From Clostridia bacterium (lineage in GTDB: Bacteria; Bacillota; Clostridia; Oscillospirales; CAG-272), in NCBI GenBank assembly GCA_017482055.1, contig JAFUOH010000003.1:14222-78221 (forward strand): a DNA stretch of 64,000 bases, given 5' to 3'. The position numbers and the translations under genes were made by a program. Shown here in pieces: positions 1 through 8,220 of this stretch. How positions within the stretch are numbered: the first letter of the stretch is position 1; every line of letters begins with the position of its first letter. The notes below the pieces were generated by a model. It made no database searches. It saw only the letters and a list, made by a program, of their open reading frames with translations, and had not been told where the DNA came from.

Positions 1-255
1 CGGAACGGTATCTGTATCCGTTTCTGTATCCGTTTCTGTATCCGACTGTGTCTTCGACTCTTCGGTGTCGGTATCCGTCGGCACCGTTTCCGATTCATTA
101 ATCGTGTCATGGGGCTTATCATCGACAATCGGGTCGCTCGGAGCGTATATGATGCTGTCACCATTTACGGGCGTTTTGTCCTTGCTGCTGCATCCAACCG
201 TAAAAAGGCAGAGAAGCAGACAGAAAACAGCGATAAGGTTAATTCTTTTTACCAT
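1..255 (-). CDS. Lipoprotein, N-terminal part only (gene runs off the left edge); mature part is Thr/Asp/Glu-rich
   Basis: ATG at 255-253 (minus) preceded by an AAAGGAAAGG RBS. Translation MVKRINLIAVFCLLLCLFTVGCSSKDK... has a signal peptide ending in a lipobox Cys. The frame stays open to position 1. It is absent from the ORF track because no stop lies inside the window. Confidence 0.6.
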   Translation of the reverse strand, partial: MVKRINLIAVFCLLLCLFTVGCSSKDKTPVNGDSIIYAPSDPIVDDKPHDTINESETVPTDTDTEESKTQSDTETDTETDTDTVP

Positions 256-449
256 GAAGCACACCTTTCCTTTTATATATACAAAATTCATTATAATACG
301 AGCTTTCTGTGATATCAGTATAACAAATCATTATCTAATGCGTATGAATAAAATGTAAAATAATATCTGCCGCATTATTTTAAAAATTCCCAACCTTTTT
401 AAAAAACAGTGTCTGTATGGGTGAAGGATCTTCAAGGAGATGAAAACAA

Positions 450-2117
450 GTGAACAGACAGGAAGCTGAGAAAATCATAACCGAATATGTAAAGCCTATC
501 TTCGGCTTTGCGCTCAAACGCACAAAAAACCTGCACGACGCAGAGGACCTTTCGCAGGAAATCGTTCTGAAAGCTTTTCGTACGATGCTTTTAAAGGACG
601 ATATTTCCGACGCGGGAAAGTATATTTGGACGGTTGCGCACAATACGCTTGCAAACTATTACAGAGACTGTGCAAAAAGCATGATAGGCGTGTCTATCGA
701 CGAGGTAGCGGAGCTGATCGAGGATCCGGATTCCTCCGCCCAAGGCGATGAAACTGCGGAGTCGATCAATCGTATGCAGAGCGAAATAGCGTATCTGTCA
801 AAATTACAGCGTAAGATCGTGATCGCCTACTATTTTGAAAATAAAAAGCAGCAGACGATCGCAAAGGAGCTCGGTATACCGCTCGGTACTGTCAAATGGC
901 ACTTGTTTGAAGCCAAAAAAGAACTGAAACGAGGTATGGATACCATGAGAAAAGCAAGCGAGCTTAAATTCAACCCCATCAAATTCGAAAACTACGGTAT
1001 AAGCGGCGCCATCGGAACCAAGACGCTGGACACCTTCTTACGTTCGGCAATAGCGCAGAACATCTGCTACTGCGTGAGAAACGAGGCGATGACTGTGGGC
1101 GAGGTTGCCGACTGTCTGGGCGTTTCACCCGTGTATGTGGAAAGCGAAGCGGAATTTTTAGAGGAATACGGTTATCTTCGCAAGGTCGGTGATAAATACA
1201 TCGTCAACTTCATTATACACGAGCCCACCGCAGAGCTGTTGACCATGCAGAACGCGATGTACAGAAAAGCGGGCGCGCTGTTTGCAAACGCGCTGTACGA
1301 CGAGCTGACAAGTAGCGGTATACTCGATGACGCGGGAATTATCTGCAGTCAGACAGATGAGCCGATAAGCCTTACCGAGAGCCGTCGCGCGGACAAAAAC
1401 TATCTTCTGTGGACGCTGATACCCTATATCGCCGCACAATCGGGCGAGTCGCTGATAGAGGAGAAGATCACCTTTGACGAGGTCGCCACCCTACGTCCCG
1501 ACGGTGCGCACAACATCTGCAATGCAACGGTCATCACGGGGGACATGGTACTGCCCGATGACTATGTGTATGTAGAAAACTTGTGCGGTTCGAGCTGGTA
1601 CCGAGGCGATACCCATACACTGTGGCAGATCGACACCCGGTGGTCGGGCCGCAGAGTCAAGGTGGACAAAAGTTACTATGCTGAGTGTAGTCGCGTGCTT
1701 CATCTTTACGCTAAGGAGGATGATGGCATGCTTGACAAGGAGGATTACACCTGGCTTGCCGAGCGCGGCTTTGTCAAGACGAACGGCGACTTTGACGGAC
1801 ATTTCAAGTCCGCGTGGCAGGTGGTCACACTTGAAAACTCCGAGATCAAGAATAAACTGCTGGCAATCGGTACCGAAATCAAGAAAAAGTACAAGGAAGA
1901 ATTTGAAAAAATAAAGGCTCCGTACGTCGAAGCGATGTTGGCGTCGTACCCGGAGCACATGAAAAAGCAAAAGGCATACGAGCTGCAGTCTGTGTTCCAT
2001 TCCGACGGATGGTTCTTACTCCACTGCATAAACGCCCTGCTTGAAAACGGTAAGCTGAAGCCGCCGACGGAAAATCAGAAGCGAAGTGTGACAACGCTTA
2101 TATTCCCGAATAAGTAA
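450..2117 (+). CDS. Sigma-70 family (ECF-like) RNA polymerase sigma factor with a ~380-aa C-terminal extension
   Basis: 555-aa ORF with a GTG start 10 nt after AAGGAG. N-terminus has region-2-like sequence (DAEDLSQEIVLKAF...YIWTVAHNTLANYYR) and a region-4 HTH (QQTIAKELGIPLGTVKWHLFEAKKELKRG). A second HTH-like segment (MTVGEVADCLGVSPVYV) and a long uncharacterised tail follow. Confidence 0.8.
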   Translation: MNRQEAEKIITEYVKPIFGFALKRTKNLHDAEDLSQEIVLKAFRTMLLKDDISDAGKYIWTVAHNTLANYYRDCAKSMIGVSIDEVAELIEDPDSSAQGDETAESINRMQSEIAYLSKLQRKIVIAYYFENKKQQTIAKELGIPLGTVKWHLFEAKKELKRGMDTMRKASELKFNPIKFENYGISGAIGTKTLDTFLRSAIAQNICYCVRNEAMTVGEVADCLGVSPVYVESEAEFLEEYGYLRKVGDKYIVNFIIHEPTAELLTMQNAMYRKAGALFANALYDELTSSGILDDAGIICSQTDEPISLTESRRADKNYLLWTLIPYIAAQSGESLIEEKITFDEVATLRPDGAHNICNATVITGDMVLPDDYVYVENLCGSSWYRGDTHTLWQIDTRWSGRRVKVDKSYYAECSRVLHLYAKEDDGMLDKEDYTWLAERGFVKTNGDFDGHFKSAWQVVTLENSEIKNKLLAIGTEIKKKYKEEFEKIKAPYVEAMLASYPEHMKKQKAYELQSVFHSDGWFLLHCINALLENGKLKPPTENQKRSVTTLIFPNK

Positions 2118-2121
2118 AAAA

Positions 2122-2157
2122 ATATTGCCGAGGGCAAACGCTCTCGGCGATATTTTA
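2122..2157. terminator. Bidirectional rho-independent terminator between convergent genes
   Basis: Inverted repeat atattgccgag / ctcggcgatat (one G-T pair) flanked by an A-run on the left and a T-run on the right. It lies between the sigma stop (2117) and the uxaA stop (2160). Confidence 0.6.
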
Positions 2158-2159
2158 TG

Positions 2160-3530
2160 TTACAGCACGATTCCGTCCTTGAAAATGGAGATCTCGCGGT
2201 AATCGTTTTTCTCATTGGTGGTCTCCTTGCCCGAAGCAACGGAGATAATATAGTCGAAAAATTCCTCGGTCAGATCGTTTCCGTCAAGAATTGGGGAGGC
2301 ATCGAAGTCTATCCAGTTCTTCTTGACCGAAGCGAGGCGGGAATTGGTGGCAATCTTGACCGTAGGCACGGGGGCGCCTACAGGGGTGCCTCTGCCGGTG
2401 GTGAACAGCACCATGTGTACACCTGCCGCAGTGAGGTTGGTGATTGCGACGATATCGTTGCCGGGACCGTTCAAGAGTGACAGGCCGTTTTTCGACAGAG
2501 TGTCACCATAGTCAAGCACGTCCACCACCTCGGAAAGTCCGCCTTTTTGGATACAGCCGAGAGATTTTTCCTCAAGTGTGGTGATACCGCCCGCTTTATT
2601 GCCGGGAGAGGGATTTTCGTAGATCACTTGATCGTGTCTTGTGAAGTAGTCTTTAAAATCGTTAATAAGCGCCACTGTTTTGTCGAACAGCTCGCGTGTG
2701 CCGCAGCGCTTCATCAAAAGATGTTCCGCACCGAACATTTCGGGAACCTCGGTCAGCACACAGCTTCCTCCCAGGGAGATCAGCTTGTCGGAAAGTCTGC
2801 CCACAAGCGGATTTGCAGTGATGCCCGAAAAGCCGTCGCTGCCGCCGCATTTGAGTCCGAGCTTCAGCTTGGACACCGGGATGTGGACTCGTGTAAAGGT
2901 GTCGGCATATGCCTTTAATTCATCGATGAGCTTTACACCCTCGGCGATCTCATCATCAAAATCCTGACAGTTTAGGAACTTTACGCGCTTTTCGTTATAC
3001 GCGCCCAAAACCTTCTTAAATTCGCCGATGTTGTTATTCTCGCATCCGAGTCCAAGTACAAGTACGCCGCCCGCATTGGGATGGTTGACCAGACCCTTTA
3101 AAATGAGCTGCGTTTTTGCGTGGTCGTCGCCGAGCTGTGAGCAGCCGAAGGGGTGCTCAAATGCGTGTGCGCCCGTAAGCGCTGCGAGGCGCTTTGCAAC
3201 CTTGTTCACACATCCTACAGTGACGATTATCCAGACCTCATTGCGGATTCCAACATCTCCATTCTCGCGAACATAGCCCATGAAGGTCTTATCGGTGGGA
3301 ATGTGTACAGTTGGTGTATAATCGGGAGCGTATTCGTAGCTGATATTGCCCGAGAGGTTTGTTTTCATGTTGTGGCTGTGAACATGATCGCCGCATTTTA
3401 TATCCTCGGTAGCATGACCGATGGGGTTGCCGTATTTAATGATGTCCTCGCCCTTTTTAATATCCCGCAGCGCGTGCTTGTGACCGCTCGACAGATCGAC
3501 CTCGACATTGTCAAATTCGTGAATCCTCAT
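2160..3530 (-). CDS. uxaA: Altronate dehydratase (UxaA family, SAF N-terminal domain)
   Basis: 456-aa ORF with a GGAGGG RBS. The N-terminal SAF-like segment (ALRDIKKGEDIIKYGNPIGHATEDIKCGDHVHSHN) and the conserved core (GCENN, GLKCGGSDGFSGITANP, TGRGTP) are typical of UxaA/GarD-type dehydratases. Confidence 0.8.
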   Translation of the reverse strand: MRIHEFDNVEVDLSSGHKHALRDIKKGEDIIKYGNPIGHATEDIKCGDHVHSHNMKTNLSGNISYEYAPDYTPTVHIPTDKTFMGYVRENGDVGIRNEVWIIVTVGCVNKVAKRLAALTGAHAFEHPFGCSQLGDDHAKTQLILKGLVNHPNAGGVLVLGLGCENNNIGEFKKVLGAYNEKRVKFLNCQDFDDEIAEGVKLIDELKAYADTFTRVHIPVSKLKLGLKCGGSDGFSGITANPLVGRLSDKLISLGGSCVLTEVPEMFGAEHLLMKRCGTRELFDKTVALINDFKDYFTRHDQVIYENPSPGNKAGGITTLEEKSLGCIQKGGLSEVVDVLDYGDTLSKNGLSLLNGPGNDIVAITNLTAAGVHMVLFTTGRGTPVGAPVPTVKIATNSRLASVKKNWIDFDASPILDGNDLTEEFFDYIISVASGKETTNEKNDYREISIFKDGIVL

Positions 3531-3550
3531 TGTATGTTCCCTCCGATATC

Positions 3551-4837
3551 TTAAAGATACTTGGAAACTTCATCCGCGAGGAAAGAAAGATCCTCATCCC
3601 ACAGTGCCTTGTTTGCAAGGATGCTTTTAACGTCGGACTTTTTCATAAATTCCATTACCGCCGCGTCGTCATTCGGCATATCGGTCTTATAGAACGCGAT
3701 AAGCTTTGCAAAGGACATGATAAGGTTCTGCGGCATTTCTCCCTTGCGCTTGATGTATTCAAGCAGAGAGGGAAGCACACGAACCTTAAACTTGCTGACG
3801 GAGTTCAGCGATATAGAAGCGCAAAGATGTCTTATAAATGGGTTCTTGAAGCGCTCAAACACGTCGTCTGCGTAGTCAAGAAGCTCCTTTTCCGGAAGGT
3901 CAAGGGTGGGAATTATCTCCTCATACACACATTTCTTTACAAATGCGGACATTTTTTCGTTCTCCATGCAGTCGCCCACAGTCTCGATGCCTTCAAGCAT
4001 GGCGTAGGGGATCATAGAGGTGTGCGCACCGTTCAAGATGCGAACCTTGCGGGTTCTGTAGCGCTCAAGCTCGTCGGTGACGATTATATTGAGTCCGGCT
4101 TTATCGAACGGAAATTCCTTCACGATATCGCGGGGACCTTCGATGACCCAGAGATGGAACAGCTCACTGGTGTTAACCATGTTGTCCTCGTAGCCGAGGT
4201 CGATGACCTCATCCTTTGGGTAACCCGTAACGATACGGTCAACGAGGGTATTGCAGAATATGTTCTCACGCTCTACCCAGTTGGCAAACCCGTCGCCGAG
4301 CCCCCACAGCTTTGCGTAGTCGATTATGTACTTTTTAAGTGTGGAGCCGTTTTTGTCGATAAGCTCGCAGGGGAGAAAAATAAAACCGTGAAGTCCCAGA
4401 TCATATCGCTTTTTAAGCAACAGTGTTACCTTGGCGGGAAAGGTGACATTGGGAGCGTCCTCCGGCTTATCGTCGGCGGAAAACGCGATGCCCGCTTCGG
4501 TGGTGTTGGATACGATGAATCTGAAATCGGGATTTTCTGCAAGCTTGAGGTAAGCGGAAAAATCACGGTAAGGCTCAACACAACGGGAGATCACATCGAT
4601 TCGCTTTTTGTCAACGACGGGCTTACCATCGCGAAGCCCTCGCATGATGTGCGTGTACACGCAGTCCTGAGCCATCAGCTTATCGCACATACCCTTTTCG
4701 ATAGGCTGTACTATCACGACACTCGCATTGAAATCGGATGCTTCATTGGTGAGCTGTACTATCCAGTCAACGAAGCCGCGGAGAAATCCACCCTCGCCGA
4801 ATTGGATGATCTTTTCGATTCTTGTCGGTTTGTTCAT
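3551..4837 (-). CDS. uxaB: Tagaturonate reductase / altronate oxidoreductase (mannitol dehydrogenase family)
   Basis: 428-aa ORF with an AGAGG RBS. The N-terminal IQFGEGGFLRGFVDW motif and overall pattern are characteristic of UxaB. It ends 20 nt upstream of uxaA. Confidence 0.8.
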   Translation of the reverse strand: MNKPTRIEKIIQFGEGGFLRGFVDWIVQLTNEASDFNASVVIVQPIEKGMCDKLMAQDCVYTHIMRGLRDGKPVVDKKRIDVISRCVEPYRDFSAYLKLAENPDFRFIVSNTTEAGIAFSADDKPEDAPNVTFPAKVTLLLKKRYDLGLHGFIFLPCELIDKNGSTLKKYIIDYAKLWGLGDGFANWVERENIFCNTLVDRIVTGYPKDEVIDLGYEDNMVNTSELFHLWVIEGPRDIVKEFPFDKAGLNIIVTDELERYRTRKVRILNGAHTSMIPYAMLEGIETVGDCMENEKMSAFVKKCVYEEIIPTLDLPEKELLDYADDVFERFKNPFIRHLCASISLNSVSKFKVRVLPSLLEYIKRKGEMPQNLIMSFAKLIAFYKTDMPNDDAAVMEFMKKSDVKSILANKALWDEDLSFLADEVSKYL

Positions 4838-4910
4838 TAGTCTTTACCTCTTTTTTCTTAAATATATATACTACGATATATCGGCGGATGAACATACCGA
4901 CGGTATATCA

Positions 4911-5846
4911 TTATATATCGAACTGTGTCTTGTCAAGCTGCCAGTCTTCGCCCGCTCTGAAGGGCTTTCTGAATTTTTTCGTGAGCACGCCCTTTTGTTC
5001 AAGATGAATATAGCAGGCACGGTCACATGCCCTGCCGCAGATGGAGGAGCGGTAGGAATGCTTTGCGGGCGGATAGAAATAGGTGCTGTCCATTATCGAC
5101 TCGGCGGTCTCTCTGTCTGCCTTTACCTCGCCGTTTATGATCTCACGGCGGTTTTCAAAATCGCTGTACGCATTCGGAGGCATGAAAGGATTCTTTGCAC
5201 CGTTTGCGCCGTTATAGTAGACGGCACACTGCCAACGGTCGAGTTTTCCGCCGCTGGAAATCGCTTTACCGGGGCAGGCTTTGACACACTCTCCGCACTT
5301 GTCACAAAGGCTGTACTGCTCCTTCGGAGTAGGCTCTATCACCGCATCGGTCAGAATGAAGCAATAACGTATAAACGGACCGTATTCGCGGTTAATAATG
5401 CTTCCGCTGAGTCCGCGCTCGCCGATGCCGCATATCTCGGCAGTACGCTCGAAATCCATTTGCGCTTCGGGCACACCGCGCTTTATATCGGAATAGTCCA
5501 CCTCGGGATTTGTAGAATCAAGCTCGTTCATTATGGTCTGATGACGTCTTTGGGGAATGGCGATATAGTCCTCGTCCTCAAGCACCGATGCCGCACGCAG
5601 CATGGCAAAGGGCATTACCGTCTCTTCCAAGTTTTCCACGCCCATGGTGGTGTACTGATAATAGACCGTACCTTCCTCAACGCCGCGGTAAAGTCCGCGC
5701 AGTACGCGGAAACCGAGTGCAATGACGGTTTTTACTTCCGGGAATATCTTAAATATCGCATCATCCGAAGAAAACTCGGATGCACTTGTGAAGGTCACTA
5801 CATCGGCATCATGCTTTTTCGCGATAGCTGTTATCTTATCTCTCAT
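4911..5846 (-). CDS. RdhA/QueG-like double [4Fe-4S] protein, paralog C
   Basis: Internal ATG at 5846 has an AGAGGTG RBS and forms an ATGA overlap with the upstream stop. Motifs seen: INREYGPFIRYCFILTDA, CDKCGECVKACPG, WQCAVYY, CGRACDRAC. The track start at 5900 would overlap the upstream gene by 58 nt. Confidence 0.75.
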   Translation of the reverse strand: MRDKITAIAKKHDADVVTFTSASEFSSDDAIFKIFPEVKTVIALGFRVLRGLYRGVEEGTVYYQYTTMGVENLEETVMPFAMLRAASVLEDEDYIAIPQRRHQTIMNELDSTNPEVDYSDIKRGVPEAQMDFERTAEICGIGERGLSGSIINREYGPFIRYCFILTDAVIEPTPKEQYSLCDKCGECVKACPGKAISSGGKLDRWQCAVYYNGANGAKNPFMPPNAYSDFENRREIINGEVKADRETAESIMDSTYFYPPAKHSYRSSICGRACDRACYIHLEQKGVLTKKFRKPFRAGEDWQLDKTQFDI

Positions 5847-6745
5847 TTCGACACCTCTTTTCTGTGCTTTTCGCAGGCAAGCTCGCATTTCTTTGCACAT
5901 AAGCAGGGAACATATCCGAAATGGGTCGGTGGTAAGAAATTAAGCTTCGGATAAAGTGCTCTCGCGCTCTCTTTGTCAAAGCGCTTGGTGCCGTTTATGA
6001 TGTCCTCACGCTCGGGATCGTCCTTTAAGAAATCCTCGGTCATGAAGGGATTTGATTTGTGTGCGCCGCGGTAGTATACTGCGCACTGCCAGGTGTCAAC
6101 GCCGTCCTTCGATATGGCATTTCCGGGACATGCCTTGATGCACTCGCCGCAGCCATCGCACACCTCGCCTGTAAAGGGAGGATCGCATTCAAGCGGCGCA
6201 TCGGTCACGATGTACACAAATCGCAAAAACGTGCCGTATTCGGGGGTTATGACCTTGCCGTGGAGTCCGACCTTACCGAGTCCGCAGACCTCTGCGGCAA
6301 GATTTGTGTCGATTATTACCTCGGGGGCGGGCTTCCCGTCCTCAACGGGACTTGAAAACTCCAACTCGTATGTATCCTTTACCTCCGGATTGGTAGTAGG
6401 GTCACCTTTGACCTTCATGCCGGGGACATTGCGCTGCAGACAGGCATCGTAGCCCGCATTTTCTATAATTGCGCCGAGCTTTAAGAGAAAAATTTCCGCA
6501 AAGGTCTCGTCTATGTATTTTACGCCGAGACTGGTGTAAGTGTAATACTGATTCTTATTCTCCATCGCACGGTAAAGTCCCTTGGGAACTCGTATTGCAC
6601 AGCCAATAACGCATTTTGCGGCGGGGAGAATTGAAAACGGGTTATGGCGCGGATCTACATCACGGAAAAGCTCCGCGTCGCCGATACCGCACAGTACCGC
6701 GCCGAGCTCCAGCGCCTTTTCTTTTATAATTTTTGAAGTAAGCAT
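5843..6745 (-). CDS. RdhA/QueG-like double [4Fe-4S] protein, paralog B
   Basis: 300-aa ORF with an AAAGGA RBS inside the end of the cupin gene. Motifs seen: ITPEYGTFLRFVYIVTDAPLECD, CDGCGECIKACPGNA, WQCAVYY, CLCAKKCELAC. Confidence 0.8.
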   Translation of the reverse strand: MLTSKIIKEKALELGAVLCGIGDAELFRDVDPRHNPFSILPAAKCVIGCAIRVPKGLYRAMENKNQYYTYTSLGVKYIDETFAEIFLLKLGAIIENAGYDACLQRNVPGMKVKGDPTTNPEVKDTYELEFSSPVEDGKPAPEVIIDTNLAAEVCGLGKVGLHGKVITPEYGTFLRFVYIVTDAPLECDPPFTGEVCDGCGECIKACPGNAISKDGVDTWQCAVYYRGAHKSNPFMTEDFLKDDPEREDIINGTKRFDKESARALYPKLNFLPPTHFGYVPCLCAKKCELACEKHRKEVSK

Positions 6746-6746
6746 T

Positions 6747-7094
6747 TTATACGGTCATCCTTTCTGTATCTTCGGGGCGGAGTGCGGCGTTTTCCGCAAC
6801 TGCCAAAAAAGCGTCGCGGCTGATTGCAAGCGAATGCCACGTGGCTTTTTTCACACAGTAGACTTTGCCGTGCTCCATCGGTATCGCTTCGAGCGCTTTG
6901 CCGTCCTCCGTCGTGTAGAGGCAAGCCTCGCCGCGTACAAGCACAAACACCTCATCTGTGGTCATATGGCGGCTCAGCTTTTGATGGTTTTCTGCGCTGT
7001 ACTGCTCGGCGTATGTGATGGCGGCTATCTGCCAGCCCTCGGAACCGAAAAGCACGTCGAAGCCATCCTTTTGCGGAGTGTAAGCTTCTATCAT
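6747..7094 (-). CDS. Small cupin-like protein (about 115 aa)
   Basis: Start chosen at the ATG at 7094 (MIEAYTPQKDG...), which has a GGAGG RBS and an ATGA overlap with the upstream stop. The pattern HMTTDEVFVLVRGEACLY...KATWHSL looks like a small beta-barrel/cupin. The fold call is tentative. Confidence 0.6.
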   Translation of the reverse strand: MIEAYTPQKDGFDVLFGSEGWQIAAITYAEQYSAENHQKLSRHMTTDEVFVLVRGEACLYTTEDGKALEAIPMEHGKVYCVKKATWHSLAISRDAFLAVAENAALRPEDTERMTV

Positions 7095-8173
7095 CGGTCG
7101 AGCCTCCATGCCTTCTTTGTGCGAAGGGGTGCCTTGAAGCGACCTTCCATGCATCCGCCCTTCTTTTCGAGCATCGACACACAGGCGCGTATGCATCCGC
7201 CGCACTTTGCCATATTATAACCCACCCAGCTTGGAAAATACTTTTCAAGCGCAGTGTAGACCTTGACGACTTCCTTTTCATTTGCATCGTCGGTCACGCC
7301 CTCCAAAAGATCAAGGGTACCGTTTTCGTTTTTGTCAAAGACCTCTTTGGGTACAAAAGGATTGTAGTATCTGCCGCCGTGAGTGTAGAAGGCGTAACAG
7401 CGCCACATATCAATATCGCCCCACTCGCATTTTTTACCGTCGAGATCCACGGTGATCGTTTTGCCTGAGTTTATAGGCGGAATGCACCCACCGGGACATT
7501 CACGCACGCAGGCACCGCATTTTCTGCAAAGCGGCTCGCCGTTATACATCTCGTCGTACTCATCAAATTCCGCGTCGGTGAAGATAAACGCAACGCGCTG
7601 AAGCGGACCGAATTCTGGAGTCAGCAGCATCTTTGAGTAGCCGATCTCACCGAGTCCGCAGGCAACCGCCGCGAGTCTGAAATGAAACTGCAGATCCGGC
7701 GGCACTTTGCTTTCATCTACGGCACGAGTAAACTGTACGCTTCTGTGGTGCGCGGTCTTACCCTTGGCGTGCTTTGACACTTCTATCTGCTCCTCGGGGG
7801 AGAGGGAGTTGCCGGGAGAACCGTCCATATCGGATACAGCGCCGCGTGCGCCCGTGTTGCGGTAGATGAACGCCTCATAGCCCTCATCCTCGATAACGCG
7901 TCCCACATGGTGAAGCACTGCGGGAGCATAGATCTCGTTGATCCCGCCGTATGCCATGGATGGATACTGGTAGAACTGAGTACCCTCCTCTATACCGCGC
8001 TGTGTACCGCGCGGAATGCGGAACACAAAGCCGATGATGCTCTTTACTCCCGGAAAGAGGAAGTTAGGATCCATAACGTCGGGTGCGCCGCGCAGACGTG
8101 ATACGGGAGCGATACCGCAGGCATCTGCGCCCGCTTCCAGTGCGGCTTCTTTAATAAGCTTATTCTTTAGCAT
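7091..8173 (-). CDS. RdhA/QueG-like double [4Fe-4S] protein, paralog A (carries a ~60-aa insertion)
   Basis: 360-aa ORF with an AAGGAGG RBS. Motifs seen: LTPEFGPLQRVAFIFTDA, CRKCGACVRECPGG, WRCYAFY, CGGCIRAC. An extra segment (GARGAVSDMDGSPGN...PPDLQFHF) has no counterpart in paralogs B and C. Confidence 0.8.
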   Translation of the reverse strand: MLKNKLIKEAALEAGADACGIAPVSRLRGAPDVMDPNFLFPGVKSIIGFVFRIPRGTQRGIEEGTQFYQYPSMAYGGINEIYAPAVLHHVGRVIEDEGYEAFIYRNTGARGAVSDMDGSPGNSLSPEEQIEVSKHAKGKTAHHRSVQFTRAVDESKVPPDLQFHFRLAAVACGLGEIGYSKMLLTPEFGPLQRVAFIFTDAEFDEYDEMYNGEPLCRKCGACVRECPGGCIPPINSGKTITVDLDGKKCEWGDIDMWRCYAFYTHGGRYYNPFVPKEVFDKNENGTLDLLEGVTDDANEKEVVKVYTALEKYFPSWVGYNMAKCGGCIRACVSMLEKKGGCMEGRFKAPLRTKKAWRLDR

Positions 8174-8220
8174 ATACTGCCTCCTTTATATTATCTCATA
8201 TTACTTGGTTTGTGTCAATA

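Noticed and set aside
1-60. Possible CRISPR-like or satellite repeat at the window edge
   Set aside because: There are only three 12-bp units with no spacers. They are in frame within a coding region (TETD repeat).
3530-4840. 436-aa plus-strand ORF
   Set aside because: It is entirely antisense to uxaB, whose product has clear family motifs. Its own translation is low-complexity, motif-free and lacks an RBS. Such long shadow ORFs are typical opposite real genes in GC-moderate DNA.
5847-5900. Upstream extension of Fe-S paralog C (track start MCKEMRACLRK...)
   Set aside because: It would overlap the preceding gene by 58 nt. The internal ATG at 5846 has an AGAGGTG RBS and makes a 4-nt ATGA overlap like the one at 7091-7094.
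4728-5954. 408-aa plus-strand ORF
   Set aside because: It is antisense to Fe-S paralog C and to the uxaB start. No motifs and no RBS.
7095-7205. Upstream extension of the cupin ORF (track start MRRMHTRL...)
   Set aside because: It lies inside Fe-S paralog A. The ATG at 7094 has a GGAGG RBS and an ATGA overlap.
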